In this document: positions 62,633 to 64,000 of the stretch, piece after piece
Numbering within the stretch: the stretch's first letter is position 1
How the letters are laid out: each line of letters starts with the position of its first letter
NCBI GenBank assembly: GCA_965237525.1
Contig: CBDEFO010000008.1
Span: 896,001 to 960,000, forward strand
Length of the DNA: 64,000 bases
Source: Candidatus Latescibacterota bacterium
Lineage (GTDB): Bacteria > Latescibacterota > CBDEFO01
Direction of reading: 5' to 3'
Program-made: the position numbers and the translations under genes
The notes under the pieces: generated by a model
The model's input: the letters and a program-made list of their open reading frames with translations, nothing else
Databases searched by the model: none
Told to the model about the DNA's origin: nothing

Positions 62633-64000
62633 AAGCCTTGTGAAAAACCCTTAGATTCAGAAAGTAGTATAGAACAAGCATTGATAAAGCAGTTCCGATG
62701 TATTATATTATGTTATTGATAATATTATACATGGAGGAAACAATGACCCCACAAAAGCAGGAACAGACAAATCCGATGTTTCACTATTTTCAGATGGAGG
62801 ATTTAGTTCCCGAGGATCATATCCTTCGTCAGATTGATGAGGCAGTTGATTTTTCATTTGTACGAGACGTTGTATCAGATTGTTATTGCCCTGACAATGG
62901 CAGACCCGGTATTGATCCTGAATTAGTTGTTCGAATGATCCTTATTGGCTATCTGTATAATTTGAGTGAGAATCGGCTCTGTCAGGAAGTGGGGATGCAT
63001 GCGGCATATCGGTTGTTTTGTCATCAGACATTTGATGATGCGGTTCCGGATAGGAGCACGATCAACAAGCTTCGCAATCACAAGTGGGCATCCAGTGGGT
63101 TGTTTGAACGGATAATGCGTCAGGTAGTCCAGTGTTGTATAGATGTCGGTCTTGTGAGCGGTAAACACCTTAGTGTCGACGGCACTCAGATACAAGCTGA
63201 TGCTTCAGTGAAAAGTATTGAGCCGATAGAACCCCCTGTTTCTCTTGATGATTATCTCAAGGGAATCGGTTTTGAAGGTGATAAGACAAAGGGTAGGTCC
63301 GGGCATCCTCAGGATAAAGACTTTCATGGTGAAAAGTGGACGAACCAAACACACCGTTCGACTACAGACCCCGACGCGCGCTTATACAGCAAATCGAAGG
63401 GCAAAGGGGCTTTTCTCTCGTTTATGGGCCATGATCTGATCGACACAAAAAGCAGAGTAATCCTTGAGACTCAGGGCACGCAGGCGACAGGGACAGCAGA
63501 GCCCGAAAGTGCCCTTAAGATGGTAGATGACCTTGAAACATAGACCATGCCCAAAGACATTCAGACACTTAGTGCCGATACCGGTTACGGTTCTGGTAAT
63601 TTTATCGCTGATGTACTTGACCGGGGAATCATACCCCATATTCCTCTGCGAGCCGATGAGAAGATTGAACCGATTCCTACATGGAAAAACAAGACAAATC
63701 CAGCACATATTCAGGCCGAACGGGATAGAAAAGTGCGAGAGGCGAAAGCCAGAAATCATGCACGGTCTATCTCATTAACAGCTGACTACAAACTCTCCCG
63801 GAGACTCCGTAAACGCAGTGAACATATCTTTGCTGAAGCCAGGCAACAACACGGTATGGGACGAGCCCGTTACAGAGGACCAGCCTCACTGAATGAACAG
63901 TTGAATCTTGTTGCAACAGTACAGAATCTCAAGAGGCTTGTATCTTTCATAAGAAGGGGGAAAGCGTCTATGTGTGCCCTGTCTGTCAAAGACAGTGCAT
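62633..64000 (+). mobile_element. IS1182-family copy 2 (partial at window end); transposase has a nonsense codon
   Basis: Same IR; TAG at 63541-63543 where copy 1 has TAC. Confidence 0.88.

Overview
A bacterial chromosomal window. The PorX-like regulator next to tsaE, the FlgD/T9SS-like C-terminal domain and a C-terminal SWGRIK motif suggest an FCB-group, Latescibacterota-like host (inference). Intact housekeeping genes (tsaE, serS, valS, ligA, moeB, hup, fumC, thrC, ptsH, metK, ahcY, tRNA-Glu, tRNA-fMet) are mixed with a CsoR-controlled metal cluster, secreted repeat proteins and many pseudogenes. The main discovery is an 8,547-bp GC-rich mobilisable plasmid (mobC, relaxase, mbeB, mbeD, oriT, repA/oriV, XamI-type R-M pair, OLD-like ATPase-TOPRIM nuclease) that has no integrase. 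It appears to have integrated by a single crossover at a 13-bp microhomology lying both inside its own relaxase gene and inside the 75-aa repeats of a host surface-protein gene. Both junctions are in frame and create two reciprocal chimeric ORFs, and repA is frameshifted. Upstream is an A-B-A-B array of four paralogous secreted beta-helix genes, and the whole locus is bracketed by two homologous promoters that each carry a TGTGA-N6-TCACA-type operator. Elsewhere there are deletion scars (sdhA/sdhB, an FNT channel, an amidohydrolase), nonsense and frameshift lesions, and two IS1182-family copies, which points to ongoing genome decay. All family assignments come from motif recognition, not database searches.
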